64,000 nt of DNA from Candidatus Hodarchaeota archaeon (lineage in GTDB: Archaea > Asgardarchaeota > Lokiarchaeia > Sigyniarchaeales > SOKP01), in NCBI GenBank assembly GCA_048886685.1, contig JBHLKM010000020.1, positions 11,301 through 75,300 of the forward strand. Direction: 5' to 3'. Of the stretch, positions 19,758-30,136 are shown piece by piece. Position 1 is the first letter of the stretch. Each line of letters starts with the position of its first letter. The position numbers and the translations under genes were made by a program. The notes below the pieces were generated by a model that was given only the letters and a program-made list of their open reading frames with translations, had not been told where the DNA came from and did not search any database.

Positions 19758-20693
19758 ATGGGTATTGGGAAGGGATATGGAAAGACAATCTTATTCGGTG
19801 AACATTTCGTAGTATATGGACTACCAGCAATCGCTTCAGCATTAGGGTCATATACCACAGCAGACGTTAACGTTATTGAGGGGTCTGGATGGATGGTGGA
19901 TGATCAAAGGCTTGCTACTCCGGGTTATAAAAAACAAAAACATAGTGAAGCAATGAAATCAGTACAAAACGTTATTGATTATTTAAAAATAGATACGAAA
20001 AATCAAAAACTTGAGATAACATTTGGAGGTAATCTAATTGCTGCAAGTGGAGTTGGGGCTTCCGCTGCTCAATGCACATCTTTAGCTCGTGCACTTAATG
20101 ATACATTTAACCTTGCTTTAGACGATGAAAAAATAAACGAAGCAGCATATGAAGGAGAAAAAGCTTATCACGGAACCCCTTCTGGAATCGATAATACAGC
20201 TTCCACTTATGGAGGGTTAATATGGTTTAAAAAAAACATGAGTGGAGGTAAGAACACAATGGATCTTTTACAAACTCAAAAAAAAATGTTTTTAGTAATC
20301 GCAAATTCTGGAATTACAGCATCAACAGCAGAAGTAGTTGCTGATGTTCGACTTTTAAAAGAAAAAAATCCGGTAAAATTCGAAAAAATTTTTAATCAAT
20401 ATGAAAATTTAGCAAAAGATGCTAAAAATGCTTTGATTAATGGAGATACTACTACAATTGGAGATCTAATGAATAAAAATCACAAACTTCTACAAGAAAT
20501 TACGGTTTCAGGAGAAGTGAACGATAAATTAGTTGAAATAGCGTTACAGAATGGAGCTATTGGTGCTAAAATGACAGGGACTGGTCGAGGGGGGTTGGTT
20601 ATTGCTTTGGTAAAAAATCAAGAAATACAAGGAAAAATTGCTAATGTTATTGAAAGTGAAGGTTATGATGCCTGGAAAACTATGATTGGTTAA
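19758..20693 (+). CDS. mvk: Mevalonate kinase
   Basis: GKTILFGEHFVVYG, SGVGASAA, HGTPSGID, GAKMTGTGRGG (GHMP kinase). Confidence 0.95.
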   Translation: MGIGKGYGKTILFGEHFVVYGLPAIASALGSYTTADVNVIEGSGWMVDDQRLATPGYKKQKHSEAMKSVQNVIDYLKIDTKNQKLEITFGGNLIAASGVGASAAQCTSLARALNDTFNLALDDEKINEAAYEGEKAYHGTPSGIDNTASTYGGLIWFKKNMSGGKNTMDLLQTQKKMFLVIANSGITASTAEVVADVRLLKEKNPVKFEKIFNQYENLAKDAKNALINGDTTTIGDLMNKNHKLLQEITVSGEVNDKLVEIALQNGAIGAKMTGTGRGGLVIALVKNQEIQGKIANVIESEGYDAWKTMIG

Positions 20694-21522
20694 GAGAGAA
20701 TTAAAATTGAAAAGAAAGAAAGAAATCTTAATATTGAAGTTAGGTGGAAGTTTACTAACTGATAAAAATAAACCTTTTTTTATCAGAGAGGAGGTTGCTA
20801 AAAGCACAATTCAACAAATTATTAATGCTAATGAAAAAGTGATATTAATTCATGGAGGTGGCTCGTTTGGGCACCCTCTAGCAAAAAAATATAATATTTC
20901 GCGAGGTCTAGATAAATCTATACCAAATCAAATTTTTGGCTTAACTGAAACACATCAGGCGATGATTAAATTTAATTCTTATTTAATTAACCTATTTTTA
21001 GAACAAAACTATCCAGTTTTATCCATTCAACCCTCAAGTATTTTTATGACAGATGCTGAAAATATTACAACTAAGTCCATTGACATTATTGAAACAGCCT
21101 TAGATCTTAATATCTTACCAGTTTTGTATGGAGATATAATTCTTGATAAATTAGGGTCATTTTCGATAATTTCAGGTGATCAGATCATTTTTGAATTATG
21201 TAGGAACCTACAGAAATATTCTGTATCTAAAGTTATCTTTGCAATTGAAGCTGATGGGATTTTCATTAAAGATAGAAATTCCAAGGATAAAGATGTAAGA
21301 CTAGCATCTAAAATATATTCAAGTGAATTAAATGACTTAGACTTAGCAGACTTGGGAAAAAAAATAGATGTTACCGGCGGCATCGAGGGAAAAATCGATT
21401 TTATTAAGCAGATATGTAAATTCAATGTTCCTGTCCAATTGATAAATGGATTGAAAGAAAATTATATATATAATTCTTTAAAAAATGAAAAAATAATTAG
21501 TACAAATATATTAACTAATTAA
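20686..21522 (+). CDS. ipk: Isopentenyl phosphate kinase
   Basis: LKLGGSLLTDK, HGGGSFGH, PVLYGD, ISGD, DVTGG..GK. Confidence 0.95.
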   Translation: MVKRELKLKRKKEILILKLGGSLLTDKNKPFFIREEVAKSTIQQIINANEKVILIHGGGSFGHPLAKKYNISRGLDKSIPNQIFGLTETHQAMIKFNSYLINLFLEQNYPVLSIQPSSIFMTDAENITTKSIDIIETALDLNILPVLYGDIILDKLGSFSIISGDQIIFELCRNLQKYSVSKVIFAIEADGIFIKDRNSKDKDVRLASKIYSSELNDLDLADLGKKIDVTGGIEGKIDFIKQICKFNVPVQLINGLKENYIYNSLKNEKIISTNILTN

Positions 21523-21540
21523 AAATAATGTAAATGAGAA

Positions 21541-22659
21541 ATGACTCAAATAGAGAGGAAAAATATGCCAAAGGAGAATGACTCTAAAGAGATAATGGAT
21601 AGAAAAATAGAACATCTCAAAATACCTTTAGATCATGACGTACAACATTCTAAAAACTATTTTAATGATATAAAATTGATACATCATCCAATTCCAGATG
21701 TTGATGTTGACGAAGTTGATCTTTCAGTGAAGTTTTTTAATAAAAAAATATCCGCACCAATTTGTATTTCAGCAATTACTGGGGGTCATCCTATCTCAAA
21801 AGAAATAAATGAAATTTTAGCTAAAGCAGCAGAAGAAGAAAATATTATAATGAGCGTAGGAAGTCAAAGAGCAGGGCTAGAAAATCATACCTTATTAGAT
21901 TCATTTAAAATTACCCGTGACGTTGCCCCTACTATTCCTATTATCGGAAATATTGGTATTGGGCAGGTTAGTAATCTTAATTTTGAATTAGAGGATTTTA
22001 ATAAATGTATAGAGATGATAAATGCTGACGTGATGGCAATTCATTTAAATATTTTACATGAATTAGTTCAAGATAAAGGAGATCTTTCATATAAACTTTT
22101 CAGTAAAAATTTTCAGAAAATTCGGGAAAAATACAACATTCCAATAATTGCAAAAGAAGTTGGAACAGGCTTTAACCAATCATTAGCTATGATTCTCGAC
22201 AAGCTTGGTTTTGACGGATTTGATGTCGGAGGTGCTGGAGGCACTAGTTTTGCAGCAATTGAATCAAAACGTGAAAACCTTAATAATTTAAGGTACACGC
22301 GAGATCCTTCTGTAGTATTTAGGGAATGGGGGATTCCCACACCTGTAAGCATAACTTATGTTAGAAAGGTGTCTCAAAAACTGATTATTGCAACCGGAGG
22401 TTTAAGAACAGGAATTGATATAGCAAAGTCTCTTGCATTAGGTGCTGACATAGGAGGTTTTGCTTATAACTTTCTCCAATCTGCATGGAAAGATAGAAAA
22501 GATAATTCTATTTCTCATACTATTAAAGAAATAAAAACCTTAAAAAATGAATTACGTTCATGTCTATGGTTAATGAATATAGATGAAATATCTAAATTAA
22601 AAGGAAAAAAAGATAAATATGTTATTCTTGGTGAATTATATAGATGGTTACACCAATAA
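21541..22659 (+). CDS. fni: Type 2 isopentenyl-diphosphate delta-isomerase
   Basis: RKIEHL, ITGG, GSQR, HLN..HE..Q..GD, KEVGTG, GAGGTS, WGIPT, TGGLRTG. Confidence 0.95.
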   Translation: MTQIERKNMPKENDSKEIMDRKIEHLKIPLDHDVQHSKNYFNDIKLIHHPIPDVDVDEVDLSVKFFNKKISAPICISAITGGHPISKEINEILAKAAEEENIIMSVGSQRAGLENHTLLDSFKITRDVAPTIPIIGNIGIGQVSNLNFELEDFNKCIEMINADVMAIHLNILHELVQDKGDLSYKLFSKNFQKIREKYNIPIIAKEVGTGFNQSLAMILDKLGFDGFDVGGAGGTSFAAIESKRENLNNLRYTRDPSVVFREWGIPTPVSITYVRKVSQKLIIATGGLRTGIDIAKSLALGADIGGFAYNFLQSAWKDRKDNSISHTIKEIKTLKNELRSCLWLMNIDEISKLKGKKDKYVILGELYRWLHQ

Positions 22660-22666
22660 TATCCTT

Positions 22667-22903
22667 TTAATTTAGTGCATCAAAAACCTTGTTGACTAGA
22701 TGACAACCCCTATTATTTTCATCAGAAAAAATACATCTATGCCTAATATCATTCTTTTTAATTGAATATTTCATACATCCCCAGCATTGTGCTTTCGCAA
22801 AACTAATTTTTTTTTCACGATTTTGTTCTCTTATCTCTTCACATATCTGTAATGCAATTTCTTCTGGAATAGATTTCTTATTTTCCTTCATTTCACATTT
22901 CAA
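22667..22903 (-). CDS. Small Cys-rich hypothetical protein
   Basis: 78 aa with ICEEI, CWGC, RCIF and GCHLV; possible metal binding. Confidence 0.65.
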   Translation of the reverse strand: MKCEMKENKKSIPEEIALQICEEIREQNREKKISFAKAQCWGCMKYSIKKNDIRHRCIFSDENNRGCHLVNKVFDALN

Positions 22904-23014
22904 TTTTAAAATCTGATTAATCTTATTAAGATAACAACATTTTTATTTGTATTAAAAAGTTCAGTAGACCAATCCTTATTCTTGAACTCACTTAAAATTA
23001 ATATTTAGAAGATT

Positions 23015-23422
23015 TTAGAGAAGTTCATCTTCTAATTGTTGGGGAATATCTTCCAAAGAATCCTCAATAATCTCTTCAAACTCAGTAAACGCTCCAATCT
23101 GACCTTTATAATCCTTCAATTTTTCAGAATAAAGTTTTAAGAATTTGTTTGATATTTTTTCTAATTCACGATTAATCTTTTTCTGATTGAATCTTTTTGA
23201 CGAATTAGCAATGAATGTAATGTCACGTTTCTTAATTATCGTAAATCTTTTATTATCTAACTCAAAATTGGATAACCCACCATCCACTAATTGCTCGGCA
23301 AAAGTGTTTAACGCACTCATCATTGCACCAAATGCTTGAGGAGATACAAATTCATTGAACACCCTATGAAACATTACTATTCCAGATTCATTCAAAATCC
23401 AAATATCTTGGAGACTTTTCAA
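23015..23422 (-). CDS. Stand-alone longin-fold protein
   Basis: IWILNESGIVMFHR, FGAMMSALNTFA, F.K.Y...L..Y.G....F..F pattern typical of longin/adaptor-sigma-like domains. Confidence 0.75.
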   Translation of the reverse strand: MKSLQDIWILNESGIVMFHRVFNEFVSPQAFGAMMSALNTFAEQLVDGGLSNFELDNKRFTIIKKRDITFIANSSKRFNQKKINRELEKISNKFLKLYSEKLKDYKGQIGAFTEFEEIIEDSLEDIPQQLEDELL

Positions 23423-23480
23423 TTTAATTCCCCTCTATTTTAGCTATTTAAGTCTTAAACTCTACAAAATTTAATTCTTT

Positions 23481-24029
23481 TTAAATTGTTCCCCATCTTT
23501 TTATATTACTTTCTATCCCAATTTGGTCTAATATTCTTCCAATGGTGTATTCAATAAGTTCTTCTACGCTTTTTGGTTTTATGTAGTATGAAGGGATTGG
23601 GGGGCAAATAATTACACCCAATCTTGCTAATTTAAGCATATTTTCAAGGTGTATTGCACTGAATGGTGTTTCTCTTACGACTAATAATAATTTCCTTTTT
23701 TCTTTTATCATTACATCCGCTGCTCTTGAAATTAAATTATTTGCATAACCATTTGCTATTGCTGATAAGGTTTTCATTGAACAAGGAATTATTACCATAC
23801 AATCTATCTTGTAGGACCCGCTTGATGGTGGAGATAATAGATTATCTACGTCATAGTTTTTATCTGCTAATTTGCGAATATCAGAAACCTTATGTTCTGT
23901 TTCAATATTTATTATTTTTTCAGCAATTTTAGAGATGATAAGTTCAATTTCAATCTTTTTCTCTCTCAAAGTTTTTAGAAATTTAACTGCTAAATCAACT
24001 CCTGTGGCTCCAGTAATAGCTACTAACAT
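23481..24029 (-). CDS. ubiX: Flavin prenyltransferase
   Basis: AITGATG, SSGS, PCSMKTL, RAADV..KE.R, RETP, PPIPSYY. Confidence 0.95.
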   Translation of the reverse strand: MLVAITGATGVDLAVKFLKTLREKKIEIELIISKIAEKIINIETEHKVSDIRKLADKNYDVDNLLSPPSSGSYKIDCMVIIPCSMKTLSAIANGYANNLISRAADVMIKEKRKLLLVVRETPFSAIHLENMLKLARLGVIICPPIPSYYIKPKSVEELIEYTIGRILDQIGIESNIKRWGTI

Positions 24030-24141
24030 CTAACTTTATCTCACTAATTTTGATAAATAAAAATTTATAATATTGAACTTAATAATTCTTCTTTGAATTT
24101 TAGTTCTTATCTTTTTCTATATTAGAATAAGATTATATTTT

Positions 24142-25209
24142 TTAGAATTTTCTCTCTATTACAAAATTTAATAGACTTTCAAAAAATTCAACTTCGGATT
24201 TATTAATGAAAGGTTTTAATTTATCTAAAGATGACTTTGCCTTTTGAAAGTATATGTATGCTAATTCTTTGCATAAATTAACTACATCTGCTTTAATAAA
24301 CAAATCTTTAACTTCCTGAACATCACTTTGAGTCATAGAAGGATTTTCAAGTAATTCAACGAGCCTTTTTTTATTCAAGCCATCTAAATTGTCTAAAGCA
24401 GTTAATTTTAAAGCAGTCAATTTATTTTCTCGGATATCACCATCAGTTGGTTTTCCCGTTACTTTTTCATCACCAAATGTTCCTAAAATATCGTCAATTA
24501 TCTGAAAAACAATACCAAGATTTATACCATATATGGAAAGATCAGTAAAACAATTATTAGGGGCCTGAGCATAATTTGCACCTATTAAAATTGACTTCTC
24601 AATCAAAGCTCCAGTTTTGAGTGAAATCATTTCAATATAATCAGAAAGGGTGAGATCTGTTTGGTTAACCATATTAGTTTCAATTAGAACACCATTAGCA
24701 ATTTCTATAAAAGCTTGCTGATAATATTTTACCGCCTGTAAGTTCAAATCCCTATCAAAATCATTAAAAAAATATGCTTCTAAACCTAAAAAGAAAGCTG
24801 AGTCTCCACCAATGATTCCTATAGAATTCCCGAAATCTGACGCAATCATCCGTTTTAATTCATATTTTTCATGGTAATTACGGAATCTAAAGTGAAATGC
24901 GGGTTTTCCTCGTCTAAAATCATCCTTATCAATTATATCATCATGTATCAAAGACGCATTATGGAGAAATTCAATACCAACACTTGGAAAAACAATTGTT
25001 TCATCCTTTTTTTTATTAAAAGCATTATACGTAGCGATACACAGCAATGGACGGAGTCTTTTTCCTCCAGCTAGAAAATAATCTTTTAGTTCTGAATAGT
25101 AATCTACTAAAAATCTATTTTTTATATTTTTTAATTTCATGTCATAAATAGATTTAATTGCATCATTGATCTTGGCTTTATACTCTTTTAAATACTCATC
25201 AAGTTTCAT
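24142..25209 (-). CDS. idsA: trans-polyprenyl diphosphate synthase (GGPP synthase)
   Basis: GGKRLRP, HDDIIDKDDFRRG, KTG, FQIIDD, GK...GDIRE.K. Confidence 0.92.
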   Translation of the reverse strand: MKLDEYLKEYKAKINDAIKSIYDMKLKNIKNRFLVDYYSELKDYFLAGGKRLRPLLCIATYNAFNKKKDETIVFPSVGIEFLHNASLIHDDIIDKDDFRRGKPAFHFRFRNYHEKYELKRMIASDFGNSIGIIGGDSAFFLGLEAYFFNDFDRDLNLQAVKYYQQAFIEIANGVLIETNMVNQTDLTLSDYIEMISLKTGALIEKSILIGANYAQAPNNCFTDLSIYGINLGIVFQIIDDILGTFGDEKVTGKPTDGDIRENKLTALKLTALDNLDGLNKKRLVELLENPSMTQSDVQEVKDLFIKADVVNLCKELAYIYFQKAKSSLDKLKPFINKSEVEFFESLLNFVIERKF

Positions 25210-25392
25210 TAGGTATTACCATTGGTCTTGATTAATAATGATGTTCCTTCTAAATTATAAAACAAAAATTTTACTAGAATATAAGTAATTTCAAATTATC
25301 AATATTCTTAATTACTAGAAAAGATCAAACTTTTTAGTAATAAAATAAGTTTTAAAAATTTTTCATAATTAATTATAACCTTAAAAAAAAGA

Positions 25393-27093
25393 TTGAAGAG
25401 AGATTTGGTAACCTTAAAAAATTTAAGATCTGATAAGAGAAAACTAAGCTTATTAATCAGTATTTCAATAGTATTTATAGGCGTAATCCCCTTACTTATT
25501 TTAACCTTTATTCCCGAATTGAAGAATCCATACACGATTGAACCATTAGCACTCGAGTCAGAGGATGGTGTATATATTAGTGCTTTTAAATACACACCAA
25601 AAGGAGCAAAAAGTCATGGTGGAATAGTGGTTGGACATGGCTTTTTTGGTAGTAAACTCAATATGCAACCTTTAAGCATAGAACTTGCCAAACGAGGATT
25701 TACCGTCATAAACATTGATTTTCGCGGACATGGGGCTTCTGGAGGATACTTTCGTCGCGGTAAATTAATATTAGATCTAATGGCAGCAATTGATTACCTG
25801 GAGTATAATTTACCTTATATTACAGAAATTGGGCTTGTTGGGCATTCATTAGGCGCTTATGAGGTACTAGATTTGTCAGAATCTTATCCTGATAGAATTA
25901 ATGCAACTGTAGCAATTGGAGCAGTATCTGACAACATTATGAATGTATCTAATTTTCTTTTAGCGGCTGGTGTATACGATTCTGGGTTAACTGAAGATAA
26001 GATCCTTAAAGTTTTAAAGTTGTATACAGGAACGGAAGATGTAAAAGTTGGAGAATTGTATTATGGAGACTTTAATAACGGAAATAACACTAAAGCTTAT
26101 ATTAGCCCATTTTCAGGACATTTAACTGAAGTAGTAGATTCTGCTATTATCTATCAAACAATTCAATGGTTTGAACAAGCTTTTCACGGAGAAAAAGGGA
26201 GAAATATTTTCATAACTGCTACAGCCTTATTAATTTTTTCTTATGTCTCCTTTGCAGGGATTATTGTCCTTAATTCAATATTGGTTGTTTATATTAGCGA
26301 TTATTTTTTTAAAAAAAAAGTAATTTTAACTGAGAAACATATAATAGAAAATTTGGAGAAAGCTTCGATAAAAAAATTAATATTATACTACACTGTTCCC
26401 GTAGAACTAATTCAAATTTCATTTTTTTTATTTCTTTCACGTATTTCCACTGAAGCTGTCGCCTTTTCTACAACAAGCATAACTTTGTTACTTATTATTG
26501 GAGCCACAATTGGATCATTCATCATATATACTTTTCTTCTATTGAACTGGGAGGAAAGGTTCCACTTCAGAGATCCGTTTATTATGATTAAAAGAATGTG
26601 CTCCGTAAAACCTGCTCGTTCCTTATTGTTTGGATTTATAATTGCTTTATTATCATTATTATCAATGGCAGCAATTTGGCATTGGTCTGTGCAAAATACC
26701 TTACCAACTATAAGAGGTGTTGGTAGAATGGTATTATTAACTCTCCTATCATTCCCCTTTTTTCTAATTAGAGAATTCTATTTTAGGAGTGTTCAAGGAC
26801 AATTGAAAAATTTAAATCCATATGAAGAATACACTGTGATGTTAGGTATTGGAATTTTCATGGATAATTTACTTATTGTTTTAATCTTTATTATTGGGAA
26901 AATTAATTTGGCATATTTCCCACCATATGCACTTTATTTATTAGCATGGGTTATTTTTTCGATTATACAAAACAGCACAGTTACCTGGGTTTATATAAAC
27001 TCCGGGCGGAATATACTAGGATCGACGATCTTCATAAGTATTCTCTATTCATGGATGATTGTTGTCTTTTTCCCTTCTTATGGATTTCTATAA
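25393..27093 (+). CDS. Alpha/beta hydrolase fused to multi-pass membrane domain
   Basis: HGF, DFRGHGAS, GHSLG nucleophile elbow; N-terminal TM and about 8 C-terminal TM segments. Confidence 0.85.
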   Translation: MKRDLVTLKNLRSDKRKLSLLISISIVFIGVIPLLILTFIPELKNPYTIEPLALESEDGVYISAFKYTPKGAKSHGGIVVGHGFFGSKLNMQPLSIELAKRGFTVINIDFRGHGASGGYFRRGKLILDLMAAIDYLEYNLPYITEIGLVGHSLGAYEVLDLSESYPDRINATVAIGAVSDNIMNVSNFLLAAGVYDSGLTEDKILKVLKLYTGTEDVKVGELYYGDFNNGNNTKAYISPFSGHLTEVVDSAIIYQTIQWFEQAFHGEKGRNIFITATALLIFSYVSFAGIIVLNSILVVYISDYFFKKKVILTEKHIIENLEKASIKKLILYYTVPVELIQISFFLFLSRISTEAVAFSTTSITLLLIIGATIGSFIIYTFLLLNWEERFHFRDPFIMIKRMCSVKPARSLLFGFIIALLSLLSMAAIWHWSVQNTLPTIRGVGRMVLLTLLSFPFFLIREFYFRSVQGQLKNLNPYEEYTVMLGIGIFMDNLLIVLIFIIGKINLAYFPPYALYLLAWVIFSIIQNSTVTWVYINSGRNILGSTIFISILYSWMIVVFFPSYGFL

Positions 27094-27135
27094 AATAGAC
27101 TTTTACGGTATTAATAGTTTTAAATCGGTCTAGAA

Positions 27136-29958
27136 TCACTCCATAAATTCATATTTAATCTTTAAAGTAACTATGACATGAGGTTTTAATTCTATTTCAA
27201 GATTGTTCCGAGTTAAATTAGTTATTTCTGCTTTAATATTATTCTTAGGTTTCTCTTCAAGAAAATTAACTATTTCGGCATTTTCAATCAAGATTTTCTC
27301 ATAAAAAGCTAATCTTGCATTTTGAGATTTAGATGAAATATTATAAATTCTAATAATAATAAAATTTCCTTCCTCTGCTTTTTTCAGGGCACTTAATAAA
27401 ATACATTTATTATCTATTTCAAGAAACCGTAAGAAGGGAGGAAGATAAGACTCAATTTGGCTTGTTTTAGATCTACCAAAGTAGGAAACCATACCTGTTG
27501 GGTTTAACATAACTTTATTAGAAGTTCTAATAGCGCTTTGAGCCATTGCGGGAAACATTGGTTTTAATGTATTTATAAATTCTTTTGCTCTTAGATGAAT
27601 ATTTGAATCTAACCAGCTTGATTTAGATTCTGTAGTAACCGATATTTCAAAAGTATGGGTACCCAAACATTGTGCTCCTGGAGTTTTATAACCAGGACCT
27701 GCATGAGACTTTCTTGTACTGAAATCATCACGAGACAACCATTCAATACAGCGCAGAAGAGTTATAGCAAAAGTTATTGTTTTATCCTCATTAACGATTG
27801 CTTCATATTCTGGCAATCCAATATTTAATATAGCAAATGTTCTTAAATTGTCGCTGATTGACACAAAATCTTTTTGATGATTAGTAGGTAAAGGATTTTG
27901 AACCCAATTATCTGCTTTAGGTAATTCAACATTTCTGGGTACAACATAAAAATGACCATCAGCATGAACTACATCAGCTTTTATCTTAGTTGGGAATAAT
28001 ACACGAATTCTGTGATCTCGACTGTTATTTTCAATTATAATTTTAAAATCTATTCTCTTGATAGTTTTATATAGTGATATATAAACAGTTATTCTATTGT
28101 CAACCAACCAATCTTCTCTATTATATCGATCCTCTGTAAGAGAATGAGGAAGCTTTAGGTTTAACCTCAATTTGAAGGTTTTTTGAGATGGACCATCTAT
28201 ATACACAGATTTCTCAAAGAGAGCAGCGTCTTCAGTTGAGAATCTTAAATCTGTCTGATTCTCTTTTGGACCAGAAAAATCGTATTCATCCCCCCAATCT
28301 CCCACATCTTCGAATTCACATATTTTTTCATATATAATTCCCGTTTCCTTATCTTTAACGTTAATTAGACCATCTGATTTAATTTCAACAAGATAAAATT
28401 CATTTTCTAAGAATTCTTTACTAATTCTAAATTCTTCAGTCTTGGGATTAAAAGAGCTCTCAGACACTGTAGGAACCAGATAATAAACCCTATAACCTAA
28501 TGCGGGAACATCAGCTAGAAATGAGATTTTATGGCTAACTCCTAGCTTTCGTGTAAATCTTGGTTGTTCTTCAACAAGCCAATATTGAAATTCAATTTCT
28601 TCTTCATTAAAGTCAATTAATTTAATATTAAAGGGTAATTTTTCACCTTTTGTTCTTTTGGAGATGAAAGTAAACTCTACTCTATCTTGTCTTTTCCATG
28701 GAAGTGGATTAAAAACAATTAAAACATTACGATCTTCATAATTGGAATTAAGATTAACAAGTTCAGTTAAGTATAAAAATGAGTTTTTAAATACTTCTTC
28801 ACCTATTTGTTCTGCCCAATCAAAACGAGTTTTCATCTCATCATGAACCTCATCTATACTACAACCGCAAATACTATCATGTGGTGAATTTTTTTGCAAC
28901 CATTTTAGACCAGTTAAAATATAATTCTTTGGATATCTGAAATTTCCATATTTATCGAGTACCAAACTCATAGTTGATATTGGTTCAGTATATTTCTCAT
29001 ATAAATACTCTATTGCGGTATTTCTTTGTTTTATCCACATCCGTGCTGAAAGTACGCCAGACAAGAGAGGTGAGTATCTTCCTCCTCTCAATTCGCCTTG
29101 ATATTCTTTCAACTCGGCATTTGATTCCAGTACTTTATTAATATAATATTCAAAGTCTGCTTGCTCTAAATGAGTGTCAGGATATAATTTATTCCATTGA
29201 TCGATTATCATTGGAATTTCTGGGGTAACTTCTTCATGATCTACTCCATTATTTAATAGAACGTTAGGTGTTGCGACGTATTTCTCAAAATTTAATACAA
29301 GATTTTTTATTCTTCTCATTGCTGGTTTGAATTCTCCTTTTACAGTTTTTGTATTCAAATATGCTAGATTATGATAAGTTAAAATTAGATGTATTCCTAA
29401 TACAGATGCCGCATTACCAGGAGCATTCCATATAAATTCCATGTTTAAATTATTTTCTTCAAATTCATTACCAAATCCTCGCATAAATAATATTGAGGGA
29501 ATTTCACATCCACTTATTATCTGAGGTAATTGTGCAATGTGTCCAAAAGGATCCGGTATATATCCTGCTTTCATAACCTTACCGAATTTCCTGCTAATTT
29601 GATGTCCAATCATAATATTCCTAATTAAAGATTCACCACTAACAAGAAATTCATCAGGTAGTACATACATAGGACCAATTGAAAGCCTTCCTTCTTTAAC
29701 ATATTTTTTAATTTCCTCTTCTCGCTCTGGTCTTACTTCTAAATAGTCTTCGAGTATAATAGTTTGTCCATCGAATGTGAAGCTTTTATAATCCGGATTG
29801 GTTTTTAGGATCTTTAATAATTTATCCATCATAATCACAAGCCTAGCTCTAAATTCTTGAAATGGGAGGTACCAATCATGCTTTACATGTCAATCGTATA
29901 AAGTTTCACGGTCCCAATGTGTTTCTGGCACAATTATGATGTTCTTAGACGTAACCAT
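27136..29958 (-). CDS. GH38 alpha-mannosidase, two exons: join(29958..29905, 29874..27136), 930 aa
   Basis: DGQ, PDEFLVSGESLIRN, PDPFGH, NGVDH, HDSICGCSID. The missing N-terminal metal-binding motif THWDREWY is rebuilt by removing 29875..29904. Confidence 0.9.
29875..29904 (-). other. 30-nt bulge-helix-bulge intron candidate in mRNA
   Basis: ACUUUAUACGAUUGACAUGUAAAGCAUGAU. Central helix CGUG/CAUG, 3-nt bulges AAA and AUU, inner stem CUUUAUA/UGUAAAG. Contains in-frame UGA at 29892-29890. Confidence 0.85.
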
Positions 29959-30136
29959 AATATTATCAAAACTATTTATTATCTAAAATTGTTTAATTAT
30001 TCAATTGTAATTCTTGTTAGTTTAAATTATTTCTTCTCAGTGCTTATTATTGACAAGATTTAAATCTCTTAATCGGTAATCTAATAATTCTTCTCTCTAT
30101 TATGATTTATTTAAGTATATATTCTAATGATAAATA

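Noticed and set aside
29890-29892. In-frame UGA in the mannosidase 5' region read as selenocysteine
   Set aside because: Readthrough would leave a 10-aa insertion inside HWDREWY, no SECIS-like structure is visible after the gene, and the BHB cleavage rule restores the motif exactly.
27136-29958. Mannosidase as a pseudogene
   Set aside because: The remaining 912 codons are intact and the only lesion is a precisely excisable structured insert. Not fully excluded without RNA data.
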